Below are positions 20,206-29,432 of a stretch of 64,000 nt of DNA, in pieces. The position numbers and the translations under genes are program-made. The notes beneath the pieces were generated by a model, which had not been told where the DNA came from, made no database searches, and saw nothing but the letters and a program-made list of their open reading frames with translations. Within the stretch, counting starts at the first letter, position 1, and each line of letters opens with the position of its first letter. This DNA comes from Blastocatellia bacterium. Lineage in GTDB: Bacteria; Acidobacteriota; Blastocatellia; UBA7656. The DNA lies in NCBI GenBank assembly GCA_045807765.1, contig JBJMGU010000011.1, positions 25,398-89,397 on the forward strand, written 5' to 3'.

Positions 20206-23039
20206 TCGTGGCGCAGGGCTTCGAGCGGATCAACGCGCGCCGCCTTGCGCGCCGGCAGCCAGCAAGCCACCAGCGCCACCAGCGCCAGTAGCCCCGCGAT
20301 CACCCCCAGGGTTACCGGGTCCATCCCTTTCACCCCGTAAAGCTGTTCGGCCATCTGCGCCTGCCAGGAGCTTTCCTCAAAGTACTGGCTGGCCAGCAGG
20401 CGCTTGATGATGTAGCCGCTCACTGCGCCGACCGCCAGCCCCAGCAGCACCAGCTTCATCCCTTGCCAGATGACCAGTCGCAAGACGTTGGCCGGTTGCG
20501 CGCCGAGCGCCATGCGGATGCCGATTTCGTTGGTGCGCTGCGCCACCGAATAGGCGAGCACGCCCGACAACCCGATGGCCGCAAGCAGCAACGCCAGGCC
20601 GCTAAAGAAGCTCAAGAGTCGCGCATACAACCGCTCCTGTCCGAGCGCTGCCTGCGAGCGCGCGGTTTGCGTATCGACTTGCGTAATCGGCAGCGTGTTG
20701 TCTAGCTCGCTAATGACCTGGCGCACGGTGGTCGCAAGCGCAGTCGGCTCGCCGAGGGTGCGCAGGGCGAAATTCATCTCGCCGATATTTTTCACTTCCT
20801 GTTGCCACGGCGTGTAGAGCAGCGGCTCAAGGTCGCTGCGCTGGCTATCATACTTGGCATCGGCAACGACGCCGACGATTTCGACCTGGTCTTTGCCGTC
20901 ACTGTCGCTGATGCGCTTGCCGAGCACCTCTTCATCGGGGAAGAATTTCTGCGCGAAGATTTGATTGACGATAGCGACTTTGGGGGCGCGCGCGTCATCC
21001 TGCTCGGTGAAAGCCCGCCCGCGCAGCAGTGGGATTTCCAGGGCCGCGAAATAGTTGCCGCGCACCATCTGGCGGTTGGTGATGTGTTCGCCGGCGGACT
21101 TTGCCGTTTCGCCGGGCAGCAGGAAATCAGTATTCCACATGTTGTGAGAGATGAGCGGGATGCGCCCAAAGGTCGCCGCGCGCACGCCCGGCAGGTTGTC
21201 CAATCGCGCAAAGAGCTGTTGATAAAACTGCGTCAACCGCTCGTCTTTATAACCGCCCTGCTGCGGCTGCAAAGTGAAGAGTAAGAGGTTCTCCTGATTG
21301 AACCCAAGATTGACGTGTTGCAGATTGTTGAGCGTACGAATGAACAGGCCGGCGCCGATCAGCAACAATAAAGAGAGCGCTACCTGTGCGATGACCAGCC
21401 CTTTGCTCAGCCGCGAGACGACGCCGGTCGTGCGGCGGCTCTGTTTAAGCGAGGAGGCGAGATCGGGGCGGGTGGCGCGCCACGCCGGCACCAGTCCAAA
21501 CAGCACGCCGGTCAGTAGCGAGACCGCAACCGTGAACCCCAGCACACGCAGGTTCAGACTGAGGTCAACATCTTTAGGCAGGAATTGCGTATCCGATTCG
21601 GTGATCGCCACCAGCGCGCTCTTGCCCCAGAGAGCGACTAGCACGCCGACCGCGCCGCCGACTGCCGAGAGCAGCACGCTCTCGGTCAGCAGTTGCCGCA
21701 CCAGCCGCAAGCGCCCGGCGCCGACCGCCAGCCGGATGCTGATTTCAGGGCCGCGCAAAGCTGCCCGCGCCAGCAACAGATTGGCGACGTTGGCGCAGGC
21801 AATCAGCAGCACGAGACCGACGACGATCAACAGCCCGTAGATCGTCGCCGAATAAGATTTGCGATGCTCCAGCAAACCGCGGCTGCCGGATTGCGCGACC
21901 AGATGCGGAAAATCTTTCGGGTCGAGCTGTGCCGGCTCATTGTCTCTGCGCGGCGGCGGCATGACTTCGAGGGCAGCGGCTTGAAAGATGCCGTCGAGGC
22001 TCTCGCGCGCTTGCTCGCGGGTCACACCGGGTTTGAGGCGGCCCATCAAGTTCAGCCACCAGATTTCGGGCCTGTCGGTTCTGGCCATGCCGCTACGATC
22101 ACCCAGCAGCAAGGGCTCGGCGACGACGGGGACGGTGACCGCCGGGTGATAATCAACTTGCAGCGTGCCGGCAAAGGCCGGCGGTGTCACGCCGATGATC
22201 GTGAAGGATAATTTGTTGAGCTTGAGCGTCTGCCCGATGACGGCGGTGTTGGCGCCAAAGCGCTCCTGCCAGAACTGGTGGCTCAGCACGACGACGGGCG
22301 GCGCGCCCGGCTGATTGTCTTCGTCGGTAATCACGCGCCCGGCAATCGGCTGCACGCCGAGCCCTGCGTAATAACCACCGGTCACGGCTTGCCCGTTGAC
22401 GATCTCTGCCTGTTCGTCGGTCATCGCCGTCACGCCATAGATCGGGCCGAAGGCGAAGAAATCCGTAAGCGGGCTGTCCGGCGCTTGCGCCTGGCGCAAC
22501 TTTTCAAAGATGTCGTGGCGGAATACCGAAGAATGGCGGGTGCCCGGCGGACTGGCAACGCCCGAGCCGCGCATGCCATTTGTTCTGAAGGCGCGCCCGG
22601 AATGCCATTCAAATAGCACCAGGCGGTCGGGCTCTTTGACCGGCAGGCTCCTGAGCAGCACGGCATCCATAACACTGAAGATGGCGGTGTTGGCGCCAAT
22701 GCCTAAAGCGAGCGACAGCACAGCGACCAGGGTGAAGCCTTTGTGCTTGAGCAGCATGCGCATGCCATAGCGCAGGTCTTGAAACATTTCGTCCTCCAGT
22801 CTGTAGGGTTGCAACCAGAGCGCGTCCCAGAAGGCCGCGAGACTGAGCCGCAATAAGTGCAGTTTGGTGCGCCAATCAAGGCGCTGCCAATCGGCGAGAA
22901 GCAACTCGCGGTACTGCAATTCGGCCTGCCACTCCTGGCGCCAGTCGGCGCGCAAGCGGCGCGGCACGATCAGGCCAACGAGCGCGATCAGCCGCAGATG
23001 CGGTTTCACGAAGAGGCGTTTGCAGCGAGCGAGCAAGGT
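20202..23039 (-). CDS. ADOP-family ABC transporter permease, paralog 2 (the ORF-track start at 23078 is probably too long; the GTG at 23037-23039, VTLLARCK, aligns with the paralog-3 start VSLLARCK)
   Basis: Same architecture as paralog 1, with stretches of 100% nucleotide identity to paralog 1 of more than 200 bp. Confidence 0.85.
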   Translation of the reverse strand, partial: TLLARCKRLFVKPHLRLIALVGLIVPRRLRADWRQEWQAELQYRELLLADWQRLDWRTKLHLLRLSLAAFWDALWLQPYRLEDEMFQDLRYGMRMLLKHKGFTLVAVLSLALGIGANTAIFSVMDAVLLRSLPVKEPDRLVLFEWHSGRAFRTNGMRGSGVASPPGTRHSSVFRHDIFEKLRQAQAPDSPLTDFFAFGPIYGVTAMTDEQAEIVNGQAVTGGYYAGLGVQPIAGRVITDEDNQPGAPPVVVLSHQFWQERFGANTAVIGQTLKLNKLSFTIIGVTPPAFAGTLQVDYHPAVTVPVVAEPLLLGDRSGMARTDRPEIWWLNLMGRLKPGVTREQARESLDGIFQAAALEVMPPPRRDNEPAQLDPKDFPHLVAQSGSRGLLEHRKSYSATIYGLLIVVGLVLLIACANVANLLLARAALRGPEISIRLAVGAGRLRLVRQLLTESVLLSAVGGAVGVLVALWGKSALVAITESDTQFLPKDVDLSLNLRVLGFTVAVSLLTGVLFGLVPAWRATRPDLASSLKQSRRTTGVVSRLSKGLVIAQVALSLLLLIGAGLFIRTLNNLQHVNLGFNQENLLLFTLQPQQGGYKDERLTQFYQQLFARLDNLPGVRAATFGRIPLISHNMWNTDFLLPGETAKSAGEHITNRQMVRGNYFAALEIPLLRGRAFTEQDDARAPKVAIVNQIFAQKFFPDEEVLGKRISDSDGKDQVEIVGVVADAKYDSQRSDLEPLLYTPWQQEVKNIGEMNFALRTLGEPTALATTVRQVISELDNTLPITQVDTQTARSQAALGQERLYARLLSFFSGLALLLAAIGLSGVLAYSVAQRTNEIGIRMALGAQPANVLRLVIWQGMKLVLLGLAVGAVSGYIIKRLLASQYFEESSWQAQMAEQLYGVKGMDPVTLGVIAGLLALVALVACWLPARKAARVDPLEALRHE

Positions 23040-23082
23040 CACGCTTACGACCTCGGGCGCGAGAGAATTGTCGGGCACACTT

Positions 23083-23133
23083 CTATAGAATCCTATCTAG
23101 TCAGGATTCTACATAGGGTAGCACGAACGGTCA
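23083..23133 (-). promoter_or_regulatory. Promoter/operator for the ADOP pair: -35 TTGACC, 17-bp spacer, -10 TAGAAT overlapping palindrome TAGAATCCT-N8-AGGATTCTA (putative PadR operator)
   Basis: The 40-bp sequence is the reverse complement, with about 95% identity, of the sequence upstream of padR at 26043-26080. Confidence 0.6.
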
Positions 23134-23467
23134 AGCGACTTCTTTGGCATGGGCAGGGCTGTGGTCGGCCAGCCTTGATGCCGCGCCCCGGCGACCGGGC
23201 AGGCCCGGAGCGCGGCGGGCAACTGTCGGCTTTGCGGCCTTGACACTCGCTCGGCTTTTCGTTGAGATTCAAGTTCATGCTGTCGCCTTCTCACCCGTTC
23301 GGGTTAATCCTGGTATATCGCGCACATTCTCTATTTTATCAGGATGCGTGGTCAGATCGTTCAGTCTGCGCCCGATGAATGGCAAGCGAAACCACGACCG
23401 CAAATGGGTAATGAGCCGGGCGCGGCAATTCATGGCAAAGCCAGCCGGGTGGTGCGTTCAAAGAAAA

Positions 23468-25981
23468 ATGGATACGAAAGCCCCAAACCTGATTCCCAGC
23501 GGCATTGAGCCGGTTGATAAGTTACTGGGCGGCCTCGAAAGCGGCCAGTTGTATCTGGTTCACGGCGAGGGCGCGGGCAAGTCCCTATTCGGCATCAAGT
23601 TCCTCATTGAAGGTCTCAAGCGCGGCGAGCACGGCGCGCTGGTCATCCGCTATTCGCCCGAAGACGCCGTGCGCCGCTTCGCCCGCCTCGGCTACGATTG
23701 CCTCGAAGACGTTTACAGCGGGCGACTGGTCATCCTCGAATACTCGGACGACATCATTCAGCAGGTTTCGCGGCTGCGCGAGATGACGCCGGTGCTGCGT
23801 GAGCTGGAATGGCTGCTCGGCGAAACCAAGCCGCAACGATTGATCTTCGACCCGGTCACCAGCCTGATTGCCGGCGTCGGCAATCTGCAATCACGCGCCG
23901 GCGAGTTCACCGCCTGGTCGCGCTCATTCGGCGCAACGGTCGTCTACATCGCCAATGGTGACGCCGATGTGGTCGAAGCCGTCAAGCCGCAGACGGCGGA
24001 AGTTGTGCGCTTCGAAGTTAAAGACATCGGCGAGCGAGCCGCGCGCTTTATCAATTTTGAGAAGGCGGGCATCGCCGACCAGCCGATTGAAGTAGACCCG
24101 TCGCGCGGCATCTTTTTGCTCGACCGCGGGCGCGGCCCCGATCATTTCTTCTCGATCTTCCAGGCGACGCCGCCGGCAACCAGCGCGGCAACGCCTGAGC
24201 AAAAGCCAGCCGCGCCAATCGCGCCGCCGGTTTCAGAGATCACCGCGCCGCCTGTTGAAACCAGCGCGCCGGAGCCGGTCGTTGAATCTCCGGCGCTCGG
24301 CAAGCTAAGCGATTTCGATCTCGATAAGTTGCTTGAGCCCTTCGCTGAGATGGCTAGAACCGCTACGCACGCGACGATGGAGGCGACTAAGGAGACGACA
24401 GAGAGCGCGCCGCCAACCGAGCCAACGCCACGCGCCGCTGATGCACCGTCTGAGTCACAAACGACCACGCCGCAAGCCGACGCGCCGCAAGCCGCAGACA
24501 TCCAGACTCTACCGCAAGTGGCAGACACGACACCGCTGCCGCCGGCTGTGCCGCCTGTCGCCGTCGCGACGCCTGTGCAAGCCGTGAGCGATGCGCCAGC
24601 CGATCTCTTCGCCGATTTGATTGACGAATTATCCAAGTCCGAGTCACCGCTCGACATCGAAGTACCTGAAGCGGCGGCGACTCAGTCTGCCGGCCAGCCC
24701 CCAGCCCCCACGCTGCCGGCGGGCAAAGACCCGCGCGCAACCGGCGAGCTGACTTATCCGCCGGCGGCCTTCTCTGCCGACGAGCCGGCGACTGCCGACG
24801 AAGCAGCGTCTGCCGAAGCCTCAGCGCCTGCGACAGACGAAACGTCTGCAAGCGCCCCCGACGAAGCACCGCCGATGCCACATCGCCGCGCTGCCGACCT
24901 CAAGCTCGATTCGGCTCTGGCCGCGCACGCCACCGAAGCGCTATTGCGCCCACCCGACGCGCCGAGCGAGCCGCCTGCCGAAGCGATTGCCATCGAGCCG
25001 GTCGCGGAAGCCGCCGAGCCGGTCGCGGTTCAGCCAAAAGATTGCAAGGTGCTGGTCATCGATGATGACCTGGCCTCGTGTGCTCAGGTCGCGCAGACGC
25101 TCGACAGCTACACGCTCGATATCGTTCACGACGGCATGAGCGGGCTGGCCAAGCTGATCTCTTATAAGCCCGATCTCGTCGTCTTGAGCCTCGACCTGCC
25201 GATCATTGATGGCTTCAAGGTGCTGGAGCATATTCGCCAGGGCTTGAACGTGCCGGTTATTCTGACCACGGCGACGCGGATGCGCGCCGGTGACCGCGTG
25301 CTGGCGGCGGAACTGGGCGCAGACTACTACCTGGCGAAGCCTTACAGCCAGAACGAGCTGCGCCACAAAGCGCGGCAGTTGATCGCGCGCTATCGCGGCA
25401 TCAGCTCGTGGATCGCGGGCGCAGCGGCGACCGGCAAGACAGCGGAGCCGGCCACAGAGCCACAGCCCGAGCCGATGGGCGCTCCCGCCGCTGTTGATCA
25501 CTTCACTTCTTATCAGCAATTCACCGCGCAGGTCGAAGAGCGTGTGCGCGCGACACTGGAAAACAACGCCACCTTTGCCATCGTCGGCTGCCGGGTTCCG
25601 CAGATGACCGCCAAAGGCGGGCACGTTGCCTTGCGGTTGTATGATCTGGTGCGCCGGCTGGTGCGCGAGAACGATCTGCTATCAACCAACCCGCGCAATG
25701 ACATTGTGATCTTACTGACCGACGCCAACGCCAACGGCGCGCGGGCCTTCATCAACCGCCTGCGTGAGCGCGTCGTCAACGACCTGCACCAGGAGCCGGG
25801 CATCTGGCTGCGCAGCTTCCCTGACCTTGAAGAAGCGGCGGGCGCCAAAGACTGGACCTACCATTCGGGCAACGGCGGCAGCGCCAGCCGCCGCGCCAGC
25901 GACCGTTCCGCGGCCTCTGATGCTGCGCACACCGAAGACCACACAGAAGCGCCGCACCGTGATTTCTCCGAGACGCTGTGA
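23468..25981 (+). CDS. Multidomain signalling protein: KaiC/RecA-superfamily ATPase domain, about 300-aa Pro/Ala/Thr/Glu-rich disordered linker, CheY-like receiver, degenerate (inactive) GGDEF domain
   Basis: Walker A GEGAGKS and Walker B LVILE in a KaiC/RadA-like fold (IPSGIEPVDKLLGGLESGQLYLVHG). The REC domain has KVLVIDDD...DLVVLSLDLP...KPY. The C-terminal region matches GGDEF topology but has NPRNDIV in place of GGDEF. The start is uncertain: alternative ATGs at 23375 and 23411, and the ORF-track ORF begins at 23144. Confidence 0.65.
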   Translation: MDTKAPNLIPSGIEPVDKLLGGLESGQLYLVHGEGAGKSLFGIKFLIEGLKRGEHGALVIRYSPEDAVRRFARLGYDCLEDVYSGRLVILEYSDDIIQQVSRLREMTPVLRELEWLLGETKPQRLIFDPVTSLIAGVGNLQSRAGEFTAWSRSFGATVVYIANGDADVVEAVKPQTAEVVRFEVKDIGERAARFINFEKAGIADQPIEVDPSRGIFLLDRGRGPDHFFSIFQATPPATSAATPEQKPAAPIAPPVSEITAPPVETSAPEPVVESPALGKLSDFDLDKLLEPFAEMARTATHATMEATKETTESAPPTEPTPRAADAPSESQTTTPQADAPQAADIQTLPQVADTTPLPPAVPPVAVATPVQAVSDAPADLFADLIDELSKSESPLDIEVPEAAATQSAGQPPAPTLPAGKDPRATGELTYPPAAFSADEPATADEAASAEASAPATDETSASAPDEAPPMPHRRAADLKLDSALAAHATEALLRPPDAPSEPPAEAIAIEPVAEAAEPVAVQPKDCKVLVIDDDLASCAQVAQTLDSYTLDIVHDGMSGLAKLISYKPDLVVLSLDLPIIDGFKVLEHIRQGLNVPVILTTATRMRAGDRVLAAELGADYYLAKPYSQNELRHKARQLIARYRGISSWIAGAAATGKTAEPATEPQPEPMGAPAAVDHFTSYQQFTAQVEERVRATLENNATFAIVGCRVPQMTAKGGHVALRLYDLVRRLVRENDLLSTNPRNDIVILLTDANANGARAFINRLRERVVNDLHQEPGIWLRSFPDLEEAAGAKDWTYHSGNGGSASRRASDRSAASDAAHTEDHTEAPHRDFSETL

Positions 25982-26030
25982 ACTGAACCCGCCCGCACCG
26001 CGAAATCTTAGCGGCTGCCTTGACCCGCCA

Positions 26031-26080
26031 AGCTACCCTATGTAGAATCCTGACTAGATAGAATTCTATCTGCGAAATCT
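26031..26080 (+). promoter_or_regulatory. padR promoter/operator: -35 TTGACC (26031-36), -10 TAGAAT (26054-59), palindrome TAGAATCCT-N8-AGAATTCTA
   Basis: The hexamers and 17-bp spacing were read directly. The palindrome overlaps the -10 and the transcription start region, which is the classic arrangement for an autorepressor. Confidence 0.6.
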
Positions 26081-26094
26081 CTAAGGAGCAGGCA

Positions 26095-26421
26095 ATGGGC
26101 AAAGGCTTCCTCACTCATGCGACCGCGATTATCTTGCAAGCGGTCGCCAACGATTATCTCTACGGCTTCGACATCATTGACATCACAGGGCTGCCCGGCG
26201 GCACCGTCTACCCGGCGCTGCGCCGCCTGGAAGAGGCTGGCTATCTCGCCTCCAAATGGGAGAAGCCGGCGCTCGCGCAGCAGCAACAGCGCCCGCCGCG
26301 TAAGTACTACGAGCTGACCCGCGAAGGCCGTGAGGCGCTCGCCGAAGCCGTCAAACGTTTTCGCCTGCTCGAGCTGGCGCAGCCCCGGCGTGCCCGCCAA
26401 CCGCGCCCCTCGCGTGCCTGA
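26095..26421 (+). CDS. padR: PadR-family transcriptional regulator
   Basis: 108 aa winged-HTH protein (YGFDIIDITGLPGGTVYPALRRLEEAGYL...RKYYELTREG). Found immediately upstream of an ADOP permease, as is usual in Acidobacteria. Confidence 0.85.
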   Translation: MGKGFLTHATAIILQAVANDYLYGFDIIDITGLPGGTVYPALRRLEEAGYLASKWEKPALAQQQQRPPRKYYELTREGREALAEAVKRFRLLELAQPRRARQPRPSRA

Positions 26422-26432
26422 GGTCGTTCGCC

Positions 26433-29189
26433 GTGTCGTTGCTCGCCCGCTGCAAACATTTTTTCGATAAGCCGCACCTGCGCTTGATCGCGCTCGTCGG
26501 CCTGATCGTGCCGCGCCGCTTGCGCGCCGACTGGCGCCAGGAGTGGCAGGCCGAATTGCAGTACCGCGAACTGCTTCTCGCCGATTGGCAGCGGCTGGAT
26601 TGGCAGATGCGGTTCGGTTTATTGAGGCGGAGCCTGGGCGCGTTCTGGGACGCGCTCTGGATGCAAAGTTATCGCTGGGAGGATGACATGATTCAAGACC
26701 TGCGTTACGGCATACGAATATTGTTGAAGCAACCCGCCTTCACGCTGATCGCCGTGCTGTCGCTCGCCTTAGGCATCGGCGCCAACACCGCCATCTTCAG
26801 CCTGCTCGATGCCGTGCTGCTTAAATCGCTGCCGGTGCAAGAGCCGGACAAGCTGGTGCTATTCGGCAAAGGCGAGAGCGCCGGCTTAACCAACGGCTTC
26901 CCGAATCAGAGCAGCGATCTCTTTTCTTATCCCTTTTATCAAGAAGTGCGGCAGCGCAACGAAGTCTTTTCCGATGTGGTGGCGCTCTTGAGCATGACTT
27001 GGAACGTGCATGGCACAATCAGCGGCGACGGGGCAGGTGACATGCAGCCGATTCAGGTTCAACCGGTCTCGGGCACCTACTTCTCGACGCTCGGAGTCAA
27101 CGCCGGCCTCGGTCGCGTGTTTACGGAAGCCGACGATCTGATGCCCGGCGGCCATCCGGTTGCCGTCGTCAGCTACGCCTGGTGGCAGAGCCGCATGGGC
27201 GGCGACCCGGCAGCGCTCGGCAAGCTCATCACAATAGAGCAGACGGCTTACACCATCGTCGGGATTGCGCCGCGAGAGTTTTTCGGCACGTCCGTCGGGG
27301 TAGCTCCCGACATCTATGTGCCGCTGGCGATGCAAGCCGAATTGCCGCCGGCGCACTGGAACGGGCGTGACGACAAACTCTTCCAATCGCTCTACCTCAT
27401 CGGGCGGCTCAAAAACGATGTCAGCGCCGAGCAGGCCAACGCTGCCGTCAATCTGCTCTTCAAACAGTCCTTGCAAGAGCAGGCCGGGCTACAGCCTGCC
27501 GCCGACCGATTGCAGGACATCGAGCGGGCGAGCATCGAATTGACGCCGGCGGGCAAAGGCGTCTCGGAACTGCGGCGCGAGTTCTCGTTGTCGCTACGCA
27601 TCCTGATGGCGGTCGTCGGCGTCGTGCTGCTGATCGCCTGCGCCAACATCGCCAACCTGTTGCTGGCGCGCGCCGCCAACCGCAAGAAAGAGTTCGCCGT
27701 GCGCATGGCGATGGGCGCCGGGCGCATACGGTTGATTCGCCAGTTGCTCACCGAAAGCATCCTGCTGGCGAGCGTCGGCGGCCTGGCCGGCGTGATGCTG
27801 GCATGGTGGGGCAGCCGTTTGCTGATCGGCATGGCGTCTTCGAGCGCCGAGCCTTTGCCGCTCGACGTGACGCCGAATCTGCGCATCCTCGGCTTCACGT
27901 TGCTGGCGTCTTTGCTCTCGGCGGTGATCTTCGGGACAGCCCCGGCGTTGCGCGCTGCGCGCATCGAGCCGAACGCCGCGCTCAAAAGCGGCAGAGGCAC
28001 AGTACAGGCTGGGTCGCAGAGCCCGCTTGGCAAGGCGCTCGTAGTCGGGCAAGTGGCGCTTTCGCTTTTGCTGCTGGTCGGCGCGGGCCTCTTCGTGCGC
28101 ACGCTGATTAATTTGCAGAACGTGCCGACGGGATTCAATCAACAGAACGCCATGGTCTTTGAGATTGACACGGCGGCGACCGGTTACAAAGACGAGCAGT
28201 TTCCTGCTTTGCTGCGCGAGGTCGAAGAGAAAGTCAAAACGGTGCCGGGCGTTCAGGCCGACGGCTTTTCATTCTTGCTTTTCAATCAAGGCGGCTGGAC
28301 GAGCCTGGTGACGACCCGCGACCAGACGGCGACCGACATTGAGCGCCCCATCGTCAGGCAGAATGTGGTCGGCCCGGACTATTTCGCCGCAATGGGAATC
28401 CCGCTGCTGCTCGGTCGCGGCTTTGGCCCGCAAGACACCGAAAAATCGCAGAAGGTCGCCGTCATCAGCGAAACGATGGCGCAGCGCTTCTTCCCTGAGG
28501 GCTCGCCGCTCGGCAGACGTTTCGGCGTCAAGGGCCCGCAATCTCGCGACGACATCGAAGTCATCGGCGTCGTCAAAGACTCCAAGTACATCAGCCTGAC
28601 CGAGCAGGCGCAACCGCTGGCTTTCTACCCGTATTCGCAGCACGCCCAGCCGCTCGGCAACTTCGTCGTGCGCTATACGGGCGCGCCCGAAGCGGTCATC
28701 GCGCAGGTGCGGCAAGCGATACGTGAGGTCAATCGCAATCTGCCGATTAATGAAGTCGTCAGCCTTTCGGATCACATTGGGCGCTCGCTGGTTCAGCAAA
28801 AGCTGGTGGCGCGGCTCGCCGCCTTTTTTGGTCTGCTCGCCCTGCTGCTCGCCTGTATCGGGCTGTACGGCGTTCTGTCGTATGCGGTGGCGCGGCGCAC
28901 CAACGAGATCGGCATTCGTATGGCGCTCGGGGCGCAGAGTCGTGACGTGCTATGGCTGATGCTGCGCGAAGCGCTGACGCTCGTCATCATCGGCGTCGTC
29001 ATTGGTCTGGTGGCTTCACTGGCGGCAACGCAGACGGCTTCGAGCCTGCTCTTTAACCTGAAGCCAAACGACCCGCTGACGATTATCCTGGCGACGTTGC
29101 TGTTGCTGACCATCGCTATACTGGCGGGTTACCTGCCGGCTCGCCGGGCCGCCCGCCTCGACCCGATGGTAGCGCTGCGCGAGGAATAG
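26433..29189 (+). CDS. ADOP-family ABC transporter permease, paralog 3 (GTG start)
   Basis: 918 aa with the permease-prefix motif ([32 protein letters not shown]), a MacB periplasmic domain and two FtsX modules. Confidence 0.85.
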   Translation: MSLLARCKHFFDKPHLRLIALVGLIVPRRLRADWRQEWQAELQYRELLLADWQRLDWQMRFGLLRRSLGAFWDALWMQSYRWEDDMIQDLRYGIRILLKQPAFTLIAVLSLALGIGANTAIFSLLDAVLLKSLPVQEPDKLVLFGKGESAGLTNGFPNQSSDLFSYPFYQEVRQRNEVFSDVVALLSMTWNVHGTISGDGAGDMQPIQVQPVSGTYFSTLGVNAGLGRVFTEADDLMPGGHPVAVVSYAWWQSRMGGDPAALGKLITIEQTAYTIVGIAPREFFGTSVGVAPDIYVPLAMQAELPPAHWNGRDDKLFQSLYLIGRLKNDVSAEQANAAVNLLFKQSLQEQAGLQPAADRLQDIERASIELTPAGKGVSELRREFSLSLRILMAVVGVVLLIACANIANLLLARAANRKKEFAVRMAMGAGRIRLIRQLLTESILLASVGGLAGVMLAWWGSRLLIGMASSSAEPLPLDVTPNLRILGFTLLASLLSAVIFGTAPALRAARIEPNAALKSGRGTVQAGSQSPLGKALVVGQVALSLLLLVGAGLFVRTLINLQNVPTGFNQQNAMVFEIDTAATGYKDEQFPALLREVEEKVKTVPGVQADGFSFLLFNQGGWTSLVTTRDQTATDIERPIVRQNVVGPDYFAAMGIPLLLGRGFGPQDTEKSQKVAVISETMAQRFFPEGSPLGRRFGVKGPQSRDDIEVIGVVKDSKYISLTEQAQPLAFYPYSQHAQPLGNFVVRYTGAPEAVIAQVRQAIREVNRNLPINEVVSLSDHIGRSLVQQKLVARLAAFFGLLALLLACIGLYGVLSYAVARRTNEIGIRMALGAQSRDVLWLMLREALTLVIIGVVIGLVASLAATQTASSLLFNLKPNDPLTIILATLLLLTIAILAGYLPARRAARLDPMVALREE

Positions 29190-29197
29190 GTAAATCA

Positions 29198-29432
29198 GTA
29201 GCAGTAGGCAGTAGGCAGGCGATTTCTAAGCTCCGTTAGGAGCGTAATGTTTATAGTCGTCGCGGCGCTTAAACAATCAAGCTCCGTAGGAGCGGAATGT
29301 CAACATCGCGCTCCTACGGAGCTTGATCTTTATTGGAATGTCTTGACTATAAACATGGCGTCCCTACGGGACTAGGTAACTGCCTACTGCCTACTGCCTA
29401 CTGCGTACTGCCTGCTGCCTACTGCCTACTAC
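29198..29432. repeat. Hairpin element, family B, copy B2 with nested inner palindromes (gctccgtaggagcg motif three times)
   Basis: Outer arms are gtagcagtaggcagtaggcag (29198-29218) and ctgcctactgcctactgcctactgcgtactgcctgctgcctactgcctactacc (29380-29432). There is an inner perfect palindrome gatcaagctccgtaggagcg...cgctcctacggagcttgatc. The right arm overlaps the stop of the convergent gene at 29429. Confidence 0.8.

Noticed and set aside
23083-26080. The 3-kb segment between the inverted 40-bp sequences as a composite transposon
   Set aside because: The repeats are promoter/operator sequences oriented toward their respective operons. There is no transposase, and the arrangement is explained by promoter duplication.
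20202-26421. The KaiC-like ATPase as the missing energising partner of the orphan ADOP permeases
   Set aside because: MacB-type permeases are driven by ABC-type NBDs. A RecA/KaiC-fold ATPase fused to REC and GGDEF-like domains is far more likely a signalling protein. I mention it only as a remote possibility.
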